Made by a program: the position numbers and the translations under genes
Assembly: GCA_965261595.1 (NCBI GenBank)
Contig: CBDHDG010000007.1
Span: 1,280,001 to 1,344,000, forward strand
DNA length: 64,000 nt
Origin: a bacterium
Lineage (GTDB): Bacteria; UBA8248; JACPRG01; G963555815
Reading direction: 5' to 3'
Part shown: piece after piece, positions 41,549 to 52,273 of the stretch
Layout of the letters: every line of letters starts with the position of its first letter
Position numbering within the stretch: the first letter of the stretch is position 1
Notes under the pieces: model-generated
Database searches by the model: none
Seen by the model: only the letters and a program-made list of their open reading frames with translations
What the model was told of the DNA's origin: nothing

Positions 41549-41594
41549 GTGAAAGTCGTAATCATTCGGTTGTGCCGTGATGGGCGGGCTGACT

Positions 41595-42422
41595 TTAGCG
41601 GTTGAGAGTTCGTTTCCAATTTTTTCTGAGAGGGCGAAGCCAGATGTCCTTTTTCGGTTGGGCGCGTCTCGTGTACCTGTCGTAGCGCCCACGTCCCTGA
41701 GTGGTTCCGACGTGGATCCAGCCCGATGCCCTGTAGACGGCGCCAGTGTAGCGCAGGGTCTGGACGAAGGTCTCGATGGCACGGGGGTTCTGTTGTAGCG
41801 CCCGGCTCAGTCCTCGGGCAGGCGCTGGCGGACGATGGCGAGGATGAGCGAGCCCAGGTTGGGGATCGCGATCCAGGGCAGGATGAGGAAACTCGGGTTG
41901 TCGACCACGAGGGGGAGGTTCTTCTCGCGCAGTTGCGGCGTCCAACCGATGAAGCGGTCGCGTGGCGCGAGCTTCCACGCGGCGGTGTAAAGCCGAGCAT
42001 GGCGACCGGTCGTGGACGGCGTAGCGCATCTGGGTGCCGACGAGGGTTTTGTAGCCGAGATAGTGGTAGCGGGCGACGAACTCGTTCCACCGCTTGCCCT
42101 CGCGGGTGTCGCGGACGACGAGCCGCAGGTCGAGCGGGTGGACCTCGTCGAGGGTTGCCGGCGCCGGGATCAGCGGCGGTTCGATCTCCGGCCCGAAGAC
42201 GATCGGGCCGGGCCGGTTCTGCCGCCACTTCGGCGGCGGCAGGGCGATCAGGCCGTCGGGCTTGAGCCAGCGGATGTTGAGCCAGCGGATGCGCCGACAG
42301 AACTCCTTCGACAGCGCATGGCGGTTCAACGCCGGAGGGCCGCCGATCAGCGAGCACAGCAACCCCATCTCTTGCGTCGTGAAGTCACGGCCGTAATAGT
42401 GGCACTCGACCGCGCCGCTCAT
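41595..42422 (-). pseudogene. DUF4338 (DruA-like) domain gene, frameshifted, next to an IS66-like end (GTAATCATTCGG at 41558)
   Basis: WNEFVARYHYLGY, MRY, AWKLAPRDRFIGW (other frame), ETFV...YRASGW..VG.T.GRGR. Confidence 0.8.
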
Positions 42423-42578
42423 CCCGGCGCCATGAGGGCGCGCCTGCGTTCCCCGCTCATCGACCACGGCAACCATGGCGATGGGTTGTCCGGTGTGGGG
42501 TTCGTATAGATCATTTCAATTCGTGCAGATTCTGATCCATCACGTAGTTCTGGTCCCGGATTCGCTCCTTGGTCGGAT

Positions 42579-43763
42579 TGGAGTTGCCCCGTTTTTGTGG
42601 ACACCTTCAGACTGTGCGGAGGAGGTGTTCAGATGCCGAAAACTCATTCACCCTACGCGCCGGAGTACCGGCGCCAGATGGTTGAGCTGGTTCGCTCGGG
42701 CCGTACGCCCGGGGAGCTGGCCCGGGAGTTCGAGTGTTCCGCTTCGGCGATTCGCAACTGGGTGCGCCAGGCCGACCGCGACGAGGGCCGTCGTGAGGAC
42801 GGTCTGACAAGCTCAGATCTCGAGGAGCTACGGCGGCTTCGTCGGGACAATCGCCAGCTTCGCGAAGAGCGGGAGGTCCTAAAAAAGCCGCGGTCTGGTT
42901 CGCACGGGAGACCGGCTCGGTGCCGGGGAGGTCTTCGGGCTCGTGAAGGCGAACCAGGCCTGTCATCGGGTGGCCACGATGTGCCGGGTGCTGGGTGTCT
43001 CCTCCAGCGGGTACTACACGTGGCGAAGCCGTGGGCGTTCCAATCGTGCGAAGCACGACGAGGCGTTGGGGGGCACGATACGGGCCATCCACGAGGCATC
43101 TGGCGGCACCTACGGGGCGCCTCGGGTCCATGCCGAGCTGATGGCCGGCGGCTGCCGGGTGAGCCGCAAACGGGTGGCTCGTCTGATGCGCGAGGCGGGC
43201 TTGGCCGGGGTGAGCCGACGCCGAGGCACGCGCACTACGCGGGTGGACCAGAGCCATTGTGTGGTCCCGGACCGGGTCGAACGCCAGTTCCAGGCCGATG
43301 CGCCGGATCGGCTTTGGGTGGCCGACGTGACCTACGTGCCGACCTGGACGGGGTTCGTGTACCTGGCCATCGTGCTCGACGTGTTCAGCCGCCGGGTGGT
43401 GGGATGGCCCATGACCCACCATCTTCGCACCGAACTGGTGCTCGGGGCGCTGAACATGGCGTTGGGACAGCGCCGCCCCGACGGGGTCGTACATCACTCC
43501 GACCAGGGCTCGCAGTACACCGCGCTTGCCTTTGGGAAGCGGTGCCGGGAGATGGGGGTGGTTCCGTCGACCGGGTCGGCCGGGGATTGCTTCGACAACG
43601 CCATGGCCGAGAGCTTGTTCGCCACGCTGGAGTGCGAGCTCATCGACCGGCGCTCGTTCCGTACCCAGGCCGAAGCGCGCATGGCGATCTTCCAATTCAT
43701 CGAAGGCTGGTACAACCCACGCCGTCGTCATTCGGCCCTGGGTTACCTCAGCCCCAACGACTA
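42579..43763 (+). mobile_element. IS3-family element, right end lost
   Basis: IRL TGGAGTTGCCCCG; orfA MPKTHSPY from 42633; orfB YGAPRV, WVADVTY, HSDQGSQY, DNAMAES. Confidence 0.9.
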
Positions 43764-44940
43764 TGACCTGCCCGGCGTTTTTTGTACCATCAGAAGTGAG
43801 AGAGGATCTCACGAAGGAGGAAGCTGGACATGCCGGTCCGAAAGTACAAAGCAGAGCAGATTGTGACCTTGCTGCGGCAGATCGAAGTGCAGATGGCAAA
43901 CGGGAAGACGGCTCCCGAAGCCTGCAAGGAAGCCGGCATCCACACCCAGACTTATTACCGCTGGCGGAAGGAATATGGAGGGCTGAAGCTGGATCAGGCG
44001 AAACGGCTGAAGGAGCTGGAGAAGGAAAATACGCGGTTGAAGCGACTGGTGGCCGAGTTGTCGCTGGACAAGCAAGTGCTACGGGACGTAGCCCAGGGAA
44101 ACTTCTGAGCCCTGAGCGGCGACGTTGCGCGGTGGAGTGTGCGCGGGGGAAGTATGGCCTGTCGGAACGGCGCGCCTGCCGGCTGCTGGGGCAATGGAGG
44201 GGAACACAACGATACCGGCCGATGGATCGGTTGGACGAGGATGAGCTGACACGAGCGGTGGTGGCTCTGGCGGCGCAGTACGGGCGGTACGGTTATCGAC
44301 GAATCACGGCGTTGCTGCAGAGCTCGGGCTGGCCGGTGGGGAAGGATCGGGTGCAGCGAATCTGGCGGCGGGAAGGTTTGAAAGTGCCGCAGAAACAAAG
44401 GCCCCGAAGACGGCTCTGGCTGAACGGCGGTTCCTGTGTGCGACTGCGGCCGGAGCATCGGAACCACGTCTGGAGCTATGATTTTGTCAGCGCCAGAACG
44501 CACGATGGAAGAACGCTGCGGCTTCTGACGCTGCTGGACGAGGTTACGAGGGAGTGCCTGGCCATCCGAGTCGAGCGGAGGATAGGCAGCCCAGCGTTCC
44601 TGGCCCGGGACTTGCGCCAGTGGCTGGGGAAGGTCGGAACCGGAACGTTATACATCGAACCCGGTAGTCCCTGGGACAATGGGTATTGTGAGAGTTTCAA
44701 TGGGAAGCTGAGAGACGAATGCCTGAATGGTGAGATCTTCTATTCGTTGAAGGAGGCCCAGATTGTGATTGAGCCATGGCGGGAGGAATATAACACCCGG
44801 AGACCGCACTCGGCGCTGAATTATAGGCCCCCGGCGCCGGAGGTCTGCACTCCATTCCTTCCCCCCAAACCGGGTTCACAGCCTCAGGCTGTCATGTAAA
44901 CTCTCTCCCAATAAAATGGTACAAAAAATCGGTCTGGTCA
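43764..44940 (+). mobile_element. IS3-family element (orfA 43830..44108; orfB with internal deletion), no TSD
   Basis: IRs TGACCTGCCCGGCGTTTTTTGTACCA and TGGTACAAAAAATCGGTCTGGTCA; the RSDNG catalytic segment is missing. Confidence 0.9.
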
Positions 44941-45935
44941 CCCCCTCGGAACCCGCGAAACGAAGCTCTGGCCCGCAGAAACACCCGGCGATCGTTGCTC
45001 TCTGGTCGACCATTCTGCAGGTAATCGGCGATTGCTTCCCCGATTTGCTCGGTCAGGGGATACACACTGCGTCGTCCGCCCTTGAGCGTCACAGTCAGTG
45101 TTCCAGCCCTCCAGTCGACATCATTCAGTGTCAGGAAGGCGATCTCACTGGCACGCAGTCCAAGCCGGGCGAGCAGCAGCAAAATAGCGTAGTCGCGGCG
45201 TCCTACGGGCGTGCTGCGGTCCACGCTTGTCAGCATCTTCTGTACCTGGTCGGCTGCAATGCCTCGTGGAACCGATGTCATGGCCCAACCGGCGACGGTC
45301 GGGACCTGGTGAGCCAGGTCCGGCATCCTCGCGGCATGGGCATGCACATAACGCAGGAAAGCGCGTAACGAGCCGGTCACCGACTTCATGCTCCCCCGGC
45401 TGGTCAATCGGGCCGTCTCATGGCGCACAAACGCAATCAGATCGCCAGCGTTCAGCTGCGACAGCACCACCTCTCCGTTACCAAACCGGTGCTGGAGAAA
45501 ATTGCGGGCTCGGATGACGTAATTCACGATGGTGCCGTCGGCCAGATCACGCTGCTCGCGCAGATACTGCGCGTACTTTTGTACACAGCGTTCAGCCGGT
45601 GTCGGGGGACGGACGGGTTCCTCCGGGGAGATCACGCCCACGCATCGCAAGTAATCCATCAGATGCCTGAGAGAAGGCCGGGCGCTCAGTTGTTGAGAGC
45701 GCAGGCTCCTTGTCCGCAAGTATTGAGTTACGTCTTCAGACGACAGGCTGGGCAGCTCGATTTGCTGCTGCTCAAGCCATTCGCTGAAAAGAACTATCCG
45801 TCGAAGCTGTTGATGGATCGTGTCGTGAGAATACTTCCGGGCGTTCAATGCTTCTGCAAGTCCCCTCAGCCACGGGACCAGCGGCCCGACTGGGCGTCGT
45901 TGCAAGACAAATTGGTCGTTGATCGGATACCTCAT
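44941..45935 (-). pseudogene. RitA-like tyrosine recombinase of a RIT element, C-terminally truncated by IS3
   Basis: GRRDYAILLLLARLGLRASEI, LKGGR, YLQNGRP..RRVFLR; the HxxR/Y region is lost. Confidence 0.8.
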
Positions 45936-45977
45936 AGCAGGCTCCTTTCCCCTCAGGGGTTGTTGTTGGAGCCTTTA

Positions 45978-46082
45978 CTATGTCGCGTAATTGGGGGCGC
46001 CGATGGCGTACTTCTGAAACCTTTTCAATCAGATATCACCACGCATTCCTGATTACGCCACATAGGCCGGTTCGCGAAATAG
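45978..46082. repeat. RIT element end: three CTATgTcGCG(T)AA boxes
   Basis: CTATGTCGCGTAA on + (45978-45990); inverted copies at 46053-46065 and 46071-46082. Confidence 0.65.
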
Positions 46083-46351
46083 TGGTGCAACTGGGGGCCG
46101 CCGCCGGGGACAGGGAACCGCGAGCCCTGGGGCGAGCGCATCGACATCAAGATGGCGTGAGTGTGGGACGGTGCGCCGTTTCCCGCCCTGTCCTCCACTT
46201 GGTCGGCATGTCCATTCACCGGCCGGTTTCCCGAACGCGCCGATCCCCGCCGCGAGACCGAGGCCGGGCGGCGGCCGGGCGAAGCGCGGGCGCGGAGGCG
46301 AGGCAGGCGCCATGCCCCGGCCCCGCGCGCCGTCCCAACGGAGGAACCGCC

Positions 46352-46594
46352 ATGACCGATACCAACATCACGGAGGAGCACCGACGGGCCTTCTCGGCCC
46401 TGACCAGCGGCGACTGTGAGAACCTCGCTCTCTTTTCCTGCTTCTGTGACGGCCGGCCCACGGCGGCCATCGCCGCGGTGACCGTCCACCCGCCGGCCCA
46501 CGAAGACGGCGAGGCGGAATACCGCGTCAGCCCGCTGTTCATCGGCCTCACGCCGGACATGATATTAACCGACCATGACGGGCGCGAGGCATGA
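46352..46594 (+). CDS. Small acidic protein (DUF6117-like)
   Basis: GGAGGA RBS; NLALFSC..DG.P...Y.VSPLF; ATGA-coupled to the next gene. Confidence 0.65.
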   Translation: MTDTNITEEHRRAFSALTSGDCENLALFSCFCDGRPTAAIAAVTVHPPAHEDGEAEYRVSPLFIGLTPDMILTDHDGREA

Positions 46595-47487
46595 GCGCCG
46601 ACGTCATGCGCCGCCGGTCTCCGGCCGATCCGGGCCGCATCCCGCACATTCCCTTGCCGCCGGAATGCCGGGAGATGATCCGGCGCGGCGCGCTCTTCGC
46701 CCTGAACCACAGCGGCGGCAAGGACAGCCAGGCGATGACGATCCTTCTCGCCCGGATCGTCCCCCGGCAAAACCTTCTGGCGGTTCACGCCCCGCTCGGC
46801 GAGGTGGAATGGCCTGGCACCATCGAGCACATCGAGGCAACGATCCCGGGCGGCGTGCCCCTCGTTTTCGCGCCCGTCGCTTCCGGCAAGACGCTTCTCG
46901 ACAGGATCGAGGAACGGGGCCGGTTCCCCTCGGCGTCCGTTCGCTGGTGCACTTCCGATTTCAAGAGATCGCCCATCGAACGCGAGCTACGGCGTTATCT
47001 CAAGGCCCATCCCCGCTTCGGCAGATGCGTCGTGAACTGCATGGGGCATCGCGCCGACGAAAGCGCCGCCCGCGCCGTGCGGGCCGCCTGGAGACGCAAC
47101 GCCCGCAACAGCAAGGCGGGCCGGGAGTGGGTGGACTGGCTTCCGGTCCATGCCCTCTCGACCGCCGACGTGTTCCGGGTCATCCGCGACGCCGGCCAGT
47201 CGCCGCACTGGGCCTATGCGGCCGGCATGACGCGGCTCTCTTGCAGCTTCTGCATCCTCGCGTCCCGCCAAGACTTCCGCACCGCGGCGCGGCTCCGTCC
47301 GGCGCTTTATCGCCGCTACGCCGCGCTCGAGCGGCGCATCGGCCACACGCTGTCGCCGTCGCGAATCCCCCTGCCCGAACTGACGGGCGTGCCGGCCGAG
47401 GCCGGGCAAACCCCCTTCGGAGGAGTCTCGCATGCCGCTCGATACCGCCGTGACCGAGCGCGCCGCCCGCATCCTGATCGAACGTGA
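46591..47487 (+). CDS. PAPS-reductase family protein
   Basis: SGGKDSQAM, RWCTSDFK, GHRADESAAR, RLSCSFC. Confidence 0.9.
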   Translation: MSADVMRRRSPADPGRIPHIPLPPECREMIRRGALFALNHSGGKDSQAMTILLARIVPRQNLLAVHAPLGEVEWPGTIEHIEATIPGGVPLVFAPVASGKTLLDRIEERGRFPSASVRWCTSDFKRSPIERELRRYLKAHPRFGRCVVNCMGHRADESAARAVRAAWRRNARNSKAGREWVDWLPVHALSTADVFRVIRDAGQSPHWAYAAGMTRLSCSFCILASRQDFRTAARLRPALYRRYAALERRIGHTLSPSRIPLPELTGVPAEAGQTPFGGVSHAARYRRDRARRPHPDRT

Positions 47488-47934
47488 TCCGGGTCCAGGT
47501 GACCGGCTCGACGCCTTTCTGCTGCTCACCGGCCAGGAGTATCTGTGGCGCCGCCGAGACCGCCTCGGCGCCGACTTCGGCGAGGCGGTCCGCATGTACG
47601 AGCCGCGGCCGGCCGGCGCCTCCCGAGGCCCACGTCGCTCCCCTTCTTCGGCGCGGTCAAGCGGCGGCGCATCGAGCGTCGCCGGGAAGTCGCCGTCTGG
47701 CTCGCGGGCCGCTTCCTCGACTGGCTGTACAGCCCCGATGGCCGGGGCCGCGCTTCCGACACGGACTGGCGTCCGGGCCCCAGCCTGTCGATTGGCCTGG
47801 AGCTGCCGTACGAAACGGCCCTGAAGGAGCCTCCCCGTTCGCTTCCCCATGCCGAGCGTCGCGTGACCGAGCTCGCCCTCGCGAACGTGGTCGACCCCGG
47901 CGTTGAGGGTGTCGCCCGTGAGCCGCACCGTTGA
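47432..47934 (+). pseudogene. Hypothetical protein, frameshifted near 47610
   Basis: GGAG RBS; protein-like sequence switches from ORF 47432 to the frame of ORF 47545..47934. Confidence 0.5.
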
Positions 47935-48119
47935 CGGCACGCCGGCGCCGGCGCCGCTTCCCCGCCGAGCCGACCTGCCGCCCGGCATCCTCCCGCAATC
48001 CGCCTCGCGGTCCCGCGTGCGCGCCCCCGCGAGGCCGAGCCGGGCCGGGGCCGGTCGCAGGCCGGACGGCCGGAGCGGCCGTTCCCCGCGCCATCCACTT
48101 TCATCCATGGGAGATACGC

Positions 48120-50438
48120 ATGAACCACATCGCTTCCCCGCCCGAACCCGTCATCCGAACCATCCCGCTGAGCCGGCTGGACCTGGCCCCGGAGAACGTG
48201 CGCAAGACCCCGGCCGGCTCGGCTGGGATCGCCGAGCTCAAGGCCTCCATCGCAGCCCACGGTCTGCTCGAGAACCTGGTCGCCCGGGCCCAAGGCCCCG
48301 GTCCGGACGGCATCGGCCGCTACGCGGTCATCGCCGGCGGGCGCCGTCTCGTCGCCCTGCAGGCTCTCGTCAGCGATGGTGTGCTCGATGAGGACCACCC
48401 CGTGCCCTGTTTGATTGCCGTCAATGGCGATTGCGGAGAGCTGTCTCTCGCAGAGAACGTGGTCCGCATCGCCATGCACCCGGCCGACCAGGTGATCGCG
48501 TTCTACAGGCTCGCCGAATCCGGCGTGACGATATCCGCGATCGCCGCGCGCTTCGGCATCTCCGAGCGCCTGGTCGAACAGCGCCTGCGGCTCGGCCGTG
48601 CGGCCCCGGAACTGCTCGACGCCTACCGGGCCGAGGAGATCGACCTGGAGACCCTGAAGGTCTTCGCGGTCACGACCGACCACGGCCGCCAGAGGGCGGT
48701 CTGGGCCCAGGTGAAGGACCAGGGCTGCCGGCCAGGGGCCTGGCAGGTGAGGCGCATGCTGACCGAGGACCGCGTGCCGGGAACCGCCGCCATCGCGCGC
48801 TTCGTCGGTATCGATGCCTACGAGGCCGCGGGCGGGGCCATCACCCGGGACCTCTTCGCACAGGAGGACGACCGTGGGATCTGGTTCGACGACCCCGCGC
48901 TTCTGAACAAGCTCGCCATGCAGAAGCTCCAGGACACGGCGGACGAGCTGGACACCTGCTGGAAGTGGGCCGAGGCGGCGCCGGAGTTGGACTGGAGCGC
49001 GACCGCGCGGTTCGGGCGCATCCGGCCCGAGCCCGCGGAGCCGACCGACGAGGAGCGGGCCGAGCTCCAGCGGCTGAGCGCCCGCCATGACGAGCTCGCC
49101 GACATGGACGACGAAGACTGGACTGGGGAGCTCGTGGAAGAGGCGGAAGGCATCGAGAGGCGTCTCGACGAGATCCACGCGGCCGTGGAAGCGCGGGCCA
49201 CCTTCCGGCCCCAGGACATGGCCATGGCCGGGTGCATCGCGACCATCGGCCAGGACGGCGCGCTCCAGGTCATCCAGGGCCTGGTCAGGCCCGAGGACAT
49301 GCCCGAGAAGGCCGGCAAGGACGCAGACGGACTGGAAGCCGACACCGGGGACAGCGGCGCAGCCGAGCTTGGCCGCGTCGATGGCCCCGAGATCTCGGCC
49401 CCCATCGCTTCGCCTCCCGACCCGCGCGCCAAGGCCCGGGAGGAGGCCGGAGTGGGCATCGGCCTCGCCGACGACCTGCGGGCGGTCCGCACGGCCCTGG
49501 TCAAGGCGCATCTGGCCAAGGACTACGAGGCGGCGTTCGATCTCATGCTGTTCCAACTCGCCCGGGCCGTGTTCACGAACGTCCACAGGGCCGACGCCCT
49601 CGACGTCGCCGTCAAGGAGACCGCCGACCGGCCCACATCGCGCATGAACGACGAGGCGTTCGCCAACTGGAGCCCGGGCGAGGCCATGCTGGCGGACCGC
49701 TCCGGCCTCTCCCTCGACTGGATGGAGAAGGAGGACGAGGGCGAGTCCTTCGCGGCCTTGCAGGCCCTTCCCGAGGGGGAGAAGCAAGCCCTGTTCTCAG
49801 CAGCCGTGGCGCGCACGGTCAAGGGCCAGCTCGCCTTCGAGCCCGACGCCCGGCCCGAGCTGGAAGCCACCATCGCCCGGCTCGACATCGACTTCGCGAA
49901 GCACGTGCGCCCGACAGAGGACATGCTCTGGTCGCGCATCAGGAAGGACCGGATCCTCGCCGTGGCGCGCGAGACCCTGGGCCCTGCCTGGGCCTCGGCG
50001 CGCTCGAAGTACAAGAAGGCCGACCTCGCCAAGGCGATGGAAGGGGCTTTCGCGGCCGGAGACCCGCCCGTCGGACTCACCGCCTCTGCCAGAGCCGCCG
50101 CTCTCGCCTGGACTCCGCCCGGCTTCGCGCCCTTCGACACGGGCCGCGTGGAGGAGCCGGACAGGGACGTCCCGCCGGCTGGCGAACCCGAACCGGATCC
50201 CGCTCCGGTTCCGGACACCATGGAAGTCGTTGATGACGGCGTCCCCGATACGGTCGGCGGCGATGCGTCGGAAGCCTCGGGTCCCGGTGTGCCGGCAGAC
50301 AAGGACCCCGGCCCGGAGACCGCCAATGGCGGCCCCAGCATCGACGTGTCCCAGGAGAACGTCCTCACCCCGCCACGGACCAACGGCCGTGACAGCGGCG
50401 ACGGGCTGGACATCCCCGAGTTCCTGCGCCGGGCCTGA
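48120..50438 (+). CDS. Plasmid/ICE-type ParB N-terminal domain protein with FtsZ-like C-terminal peptide
   Basis: NVRK, GLLENLV, AGGRRL, SLAENVVR..MHPADQ, HTH; ends LDIPEFLRRA. Confidence 0.92.
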   Translation: MNHIASPPEPVIRTIPLSRLDLAPENVRKTPAGSAGIAELKASIAAHGLLENLVARAQGPGPDGIGRYAVIAGGRRLVALQALVSDGVLDEDHPVPCLIAVNGDCGELSLAENVVRIAMHPADQVIAFYRLAESGVTISAIAARFGISERLVEQRLRLGRAAPELLDAYRAEEIDLETLKVFAVTTDHGRQRAVWAQVKDQGCRPGAWQVRRMLTEDRVPGTAAIARFVGIDAYEAAGGAITRDLFAQEDDRGIWFDDPALLNKLAMQKLQDTADELDTCWKWAEAAPELDWSATARFGRIRPEPAEPTDEERAELQRLSARHDELADMDDEDWTGELVEEAEGIERRLDEIHAAVEARATFRPQDMAMAGCIATIGQDGALQVIQGLVRPEDMPEKAGKDADGLEADTGDSGAAELGRVDGPEISAPIASPPDPRAKAREEAGVGIGLADDLRAVRTALVKAHLAKDYEAAFDLMLFQLARAVFTNVHRADALDVAVKETADRPTSRMNDEAFANWSPGEAMLADRSGLSLDWMEKEDEGESFAALQALPEGEKQALFSAAVARTVKGQLAFEPDARPELEATIARLDIDFAKHVRPTEDMLWSRIRKDRILAVARETLGPAWASARSKYKKADLAKAMEGAFAAGDPPVGLTASARAAALAWTPPGFAPFDTGRVEEPDRDVPPAGEPEPDPAPVPDTMEVVDDGVPDTVGGDASEASGPGVPADKDPGPETANGGPSIDVSQENVLTPPRTNGRDSGDGLDIPEFLRRA

Positions 50439-50465
50439 ACCGTCCCCGCATTCCCATCCCTCATG

Positions 50466-50503
50466 CGCCCCGCCGGTCCCGCGCCGGCGGGGCGCTTTTC
50501 GTT
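50466..50503 (+). terminator. Intrinsic terminator after parB
   Basis: GCGCCCCGCCGG-loop-CCGGCGGGGCGC followed by TTTTCGTTT. Confidence 0.8.
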
Positions 50504-50530
50504 TCGGCCGCTTCCACGGAGACCGTCCCC

Positions 50531-52273
50531 ATGAACGACATTCCCGTCACGGCGCCCCGGCCCTGGCCCGGCCGCATCCGGGCGCGGATCCATGACAGCG
50601 CCCTCCAGCGCGTCACCCGGCTCTGGGCCGCCACAACCATCGACACCCTCGTGGAGAGTTTCCAGAATGGCAGAAGGGCCGGCGCGACGCGCGTGTCGGT
50701 GATCGTTACCGATCCCGCCGGTGAGCCATCCGACAACAGCGCCCTGACCGTCACCGATGACGGCATCGGCATCGCCGATCCCGCCGTGCTCCTGAGTCTT
50801 GGCGAGACCGGATGGGACGGGGAGCTTGCCGGCCGAGAGGACGCGGCCGGGATGGGATTCGCCAGCCATGCCCGCCAAGGCTGCCGCATCGTCTCGCGTC
50901 CCCGCTCCCGTGGCGGCGAGCCCGGCCCCGGCTGGCGCGTCGATCTCAGCCCCGCGCATTTCCTGGGGGAGGAGGAGGCGACCGTCGTCCCGGAGGACGG
51001 CGCGCCCTGGCCCCATGGCACGGCCGTCAGCTTTACGGCCTCGGGCGACCGCGATTCGATCCGCCGGGCGGTCGAAGCCGCGGCCCGCCATTATCCGCTC
51101 CCGGTCACGCTGGACGGGGAGACCGTGCCCCGCCGGGCCTTTCTCGACGGGGCCGTTGACGCCGAGCCTTGGCGGGGACTCGTCTTCGGCGTGTTCGTGG
51201 GCCGCAGCCGCGGCTACAACGAGCCCGACCTCAACTTCCACGGCCTCACCCTGCCGGTGCGCCTGCCCACGGTCGATCCCGTGACCGGCCAGACCTGGTC
51301 GGTCCGCGCCGAGGTCGTGAGCTGTCCCGAACTCGAGCTGGTGCTGCCGGCTCGGAAGGAGGCGGTCGAGACCCCTTTCCTGAACGAGACGCGAGAGGCC
51401 GCGCGGCTCGCCGTCTACCGGGCCATGGCGTCGACCGAGGCGCCGCCGCGCATCGCCTTCGAGGACTGGACCCGGGCGCGGGAAGCCGGGATCGAGCTTC
51501 CGATACCGTCCCCCCAACTGCGTCCCTGGCGTCCCTGCATCGCCGATATCGACGATTGGCGCGAGGCGCCCGCTCTCGCATCCGTATCCAACGATGCGCT
51601 CGTGATGCACGTGGATCCGGAACCGCCCGAAGCCCAGGCTCTCTGGCGCGCCGCCGAACATGGCGGGATAGCCCCACGGCTCTTCGAGGCCGACCGCCGG
51701 CTCGACGGCTACGGCTGGTACGACGCGCTTCCCCGCGTCACCGATGTCCGCACCGAGATCGTGATCAACAACGAGGCCCGTCCGCCGGAGGACTACCGGA
51801 CTCCGTCAGAAGGGTCCAGCCCCGTCGAGCCGCCTCCACGGCCGGATGGGATCCGCATGCGTCTCGATGTCGAGGGCCGAGGGGGAAAGACCGGGACTCT
51901 CGATCTCGATACCGATCTCGCCTTCGCCGGCGAGGCCTGGGCCTGGCTTCCCGATGCGAAGCCGCTGGTCATGGCCGAGAGCGCCCTTGAGCCCGCCGAA
52001 CTCGCCGAGCTGCTGCGCGCCGCCTGGTTCTCTCCGTCGGATGAAGCCGATTCGGACAGTTGGGAGACCCAGCGCCTGCGCTTCGACGAAGAGGCCATGC
52101 ACATAGCCGTGAAGCTCCTTTGCTCGGCGGACGAGGCCCGCCGGACATCCATCGCCGAAGCGGTCAGGCGCGAGCTGTTCTGGCTCATCCCCCGGGACCG
52201 CGAGGTCACCATTGCCGTGCGCGGGAGGGAGGTCAGCGTCGATCTCGGCGCCGCCAAGGAGACTGCGCGATGA
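50531..52273 (+). CDS. GHKL (HATPase_c) ATPase domain protein
   Basis: ESFQNGRRAGA, VTDDGIGI, AGMGF, HGTAV. Confidence 0.85.
   Translation: MNDIPVTAPRPWPGRIRARIHDSALQRVTRLWAATTIDTLVESFQNGRRAGATRVSVIVTDPAGEPSDNSALTVTDDGIGIADPAVLLSLGETGWDGELAGREDAAGMGFASHARQGCRIVSRPRSRGGEPGPGWRVDLSPAHFLGEEEATVVPEDGAPWPHGTAVSFTASGDRDSIRRAVEAAARHYPLPVTLDGETVPRRAFLDGAVDAEPWRGLVFGVFVGRSRGYNEPDLNFHGLTLPVRLPTVDPVTGQTWSVRAEVVSCPELELVLPARKEAVETPFLNETREAARLAVYRAMASTEAPPRIAFEDWTRAREAGIELPIPSPQLRPWRPCIADIDDWREAPALASVSNDALVMHVDPEPPEAQALWRAAEHGGIAPRLFEADRRLDGYGWYDALPRVTDVRTEIVINNEARPPEDYRTPSEGSSPVEPPPRPDGIRMRLDVEGRGGKTGTLDLDTDLAFAGEAWAWLPDAKPLVMAESALEPAELAELLRAAWFSPSDEADSDSWETQRLRFDEEAMHIAVKLLCSADEARRTSIAEAVRRELFWLIPRDREVTIAVRGREVSVDLGAAKETAR

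Noticed and set aside
41595..42422. Druantia defence system
   Set aside because: Only a frameshifted DUF4338 gene next to an IS66-like end; no DruE helicase or other dru genes.
42597..43766. 389-aa ORF as a real protein
   Set aside because: It is IS3 orfA running out of frame at the A6G tract; the tail is not protein-like.
46591..47487. dnd/ssp phosphorothioation cluster or cysH operon
   Set aside because: No dndBDE, sspBC, cysteine desulfurase or cys genes nearby.
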